DNA of 27,084 nucleotides from Pseudanabaenales cyanobacterium (GTDB lineage Bacteria; Cyanobacteriota; Cyanobacteriia; Pseudanabaenales; Pseudanabaenaceae): NCBI GenBank assembly GCA_038246525.1, contig JBBRVV010000001.1, positions 1 to 27,084 of the forward strand, read 5' to 3'. Shown piece by piece: positions 25,826 to 27,084 of this stretch (position 1 is its first letter; each line of letters starts with the position of its first letter). The notes under the pieces were generated by a model. It saw only the letters and a program-made list of their open reading frames with translations, ran no database searches and was not told where the DNA came from. The position numbers and the translations under genes were made by a program.

Positions 25826-26911
25826 ATGGATTTGATGAAGAACGATTCACTAGAACTGCTTAAGCGTAGAGCCTTAGTCCTTAGTCTGGAAGTTGCGGCA
25901 TTGGGCACAATGGTTATGACCATACTCCATCTGTTTAATCGAAACACTCATCCATTATCTCTAGTCATTCCTCCCCTCAGTGTAATTGTCTGTTTGAGCC
26001 TGATAGTTTATCTAGATCGGCAACCACAAAAGCTCTATCTAGTGACTAAAATCGCCTTAGGGTGGAGTACTTTTGCACTCATTTTCCCAATATATTTTTT
26101 TCTGCTAGAAGCGCTGCTAAATCCTGAGAAACATTTTGTTGATACTCTGCCGCCAATTAGTTCGGGCATTTTTTTGCTTAACACTAGCATGACTGTATTT
26201 TTGTGCCCCAGGGATGCAATTAGAACAGTGCTTTTCTATTGGGCGATAGTAGCATTACCGATTGTTACTTACTTTATATTCCATCTTCAAGAGTTAGAAA
26301 CACCTAGGGGACTAGATTTAATCTTTACTTTTGTGCCAGCTATGGGAGTGAATTTTGCTTTGATTATGTTCAATGGGAATCTGCAAGAAAACGCACATAG
26401 TCTTTATTTGGAAAGGATTCAGCTTAAGGAAATGTCAGAGAGAGATGCTTTGACTGGCGCTTTTAATCGTGGTGAAGGCGAGAGAATTCTGCAAATTCTA
26501 ATCAATCAAGCTGATAGAGAAGTTGGTGTTATTCTATTTGATATTGATAACTTCAAGCGAGTTAATGATAATTTTGGACATTTGATCGGCGATCGCGTGT
26601 TGCAGGAAATTACCCAGACCTGTGAAGCGCATTTAAGAAAGAAAGATACGCTAATTCGATGGGGTGGCGAAGAATTTTTGATCGTGGTGATAGGAGAGAA
26701 TCAGTCCGAATTAAAAGAATTAGCTGAACGTTTGCGAATCGCGATCGCAAATCATCAAATCTCCGTAGTAGGAAAAGTGACTGCTTCATTTGGCATAGCT
26801 TCCCACCAGCCCCAAGTAAGTCTTAGCCGCCTATTTAAGCGCGCAGATGAGGCATTGTATCGAGCCAAAAGACAAGGACGCAATCAAGTTGTAATTGCCG
26901 AAAATTTCTAA
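25826..26911 (+). CDS. Membrane-bound diguanylate cyclase (GGDEF domain)
   Basis: About 5-6 N-terminal TM segments; DALTGAFNR, DIDNFKRVND.FGH.IGD, RKKD (RxxD inhibitory site) then RWGGEEF, ADEALYRAK..GRN. Confidence 0.95.
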   Translation: MDLMKNDSLELLKRRALVLSLEVAALGTMVMTILHLFNRNTHPLSLVIPPLSVIVCLSLIVYLDRQPQKLYLVTKIALGWSTFALIFPIYFFLLEALLNPEKHFVDTLPPISSGIFLLNTSMTVFLCPRDAIRTVLFYWAIVALPIVTYFIFHLQELETPRGLDLIFTFVPAMGVNFALIMFNGNLQENAHSLYLERIQLKEMSERDALTGAFNRGEGERILQILINQADREVGVILFDIDNFKRVNDNFGHLIGDRVLQEITQTCEAHLRKKDTLIRWGGEEFLIVVIGENQSELKELAERLRIAIANHQISVVGKVTASFGIASHQPQVSLSRLFKRADEALYRAKRQGRNQVVIAENF

Positions 26912-26956
26912 ATAATCGCTTAAACTCAATTAAGTATCTTATCAGCCATTTAGCCC

Positions 26957-27084
26957 ATGTCCCAAGAACTAGATCTTTTAATCAAATATGCCGACTTGAG
27001 TGAGATTAATATTTATAGCACCAGTTTTATGGGCGCGAATCTTTGCGAAGCGCTGATGCCCGATGGTAGTCGTTCCAAGCAGGG
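26957..27084 (+). pseudogene. Short pentapeptide-repeat-like ORF or remnant, open to the right edge
   Basis: Manual translation from ATG 26957: MSQELDLLIKYADLSEINIYSTSFMGANLCEALMPDGSRSKQ. ADLSE, ANLCE and the MPDG cap are typical of cyanobacterial pentapeptide-repeat proteins. Confidence 0.5.

Larger units (their letters stand above)
329..26748. repeat. HIP1 octamer GCGATCGC dispersed through the window
   Basis: About 50 copies by manual scan, e.g. 329, 1001, 1249, 1565, 4881, overlapping pair 5487/5493, 8125, 20531, 26741. Confidence 0.95.

Overview
Cyanobacterial chromosomal window. About 50 copies of the HIP1 octamer GCGATCGC were found by manual scan, and the gene content is typically cyanobacterial; a Pseudanabaena-like lineage is an inference only. 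It is mostly housekeeping genes: a partial ctaA cut by the left edge and missing from the ORF track, an SLH protein, DUF3288, a Uma2 endonuclease, a GT4 glycosyltransferase, ATP synthase gamma, ilvC, tldD/tldE, a class V PLP enzyme, tilS, a beta-lactamase-like serine hydrolase, an HtpX/M48 protease, Tab2, a cytochrome P450, a YkgJ-type Cys-cluster protein, a SagB/ThcOx-type oxidoreductase, pheA, clpS, a CPBP protease, mog and a membrane GGDEF protein. No rRNA, tRNA, CRISPR array or transposase was seen. Best leads: (i) an AT-rich, HIP1-free two-gene islet at 22.0-23.1 kb encoding a secreted glycine-zipper hydrophobic protein and a single-pass membrane partner, beside a candidate small repeat element; (ii) an ATP synthase gamma gene detached from the atp operon and followed by an RsbW/STAS partner-switch pair with no sigma factor or phosphatase nearby; (iii) two conserved genes head-to-head with only 7 bp between their start codons; (iv) a closely spaced tldD-tldE-secreted orphan-PLP enzyme cluster; (v) a collapsed pentapeptide-repeat ORF at the right edge. 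All family assignments come from motif recognition by eye, with no database search.
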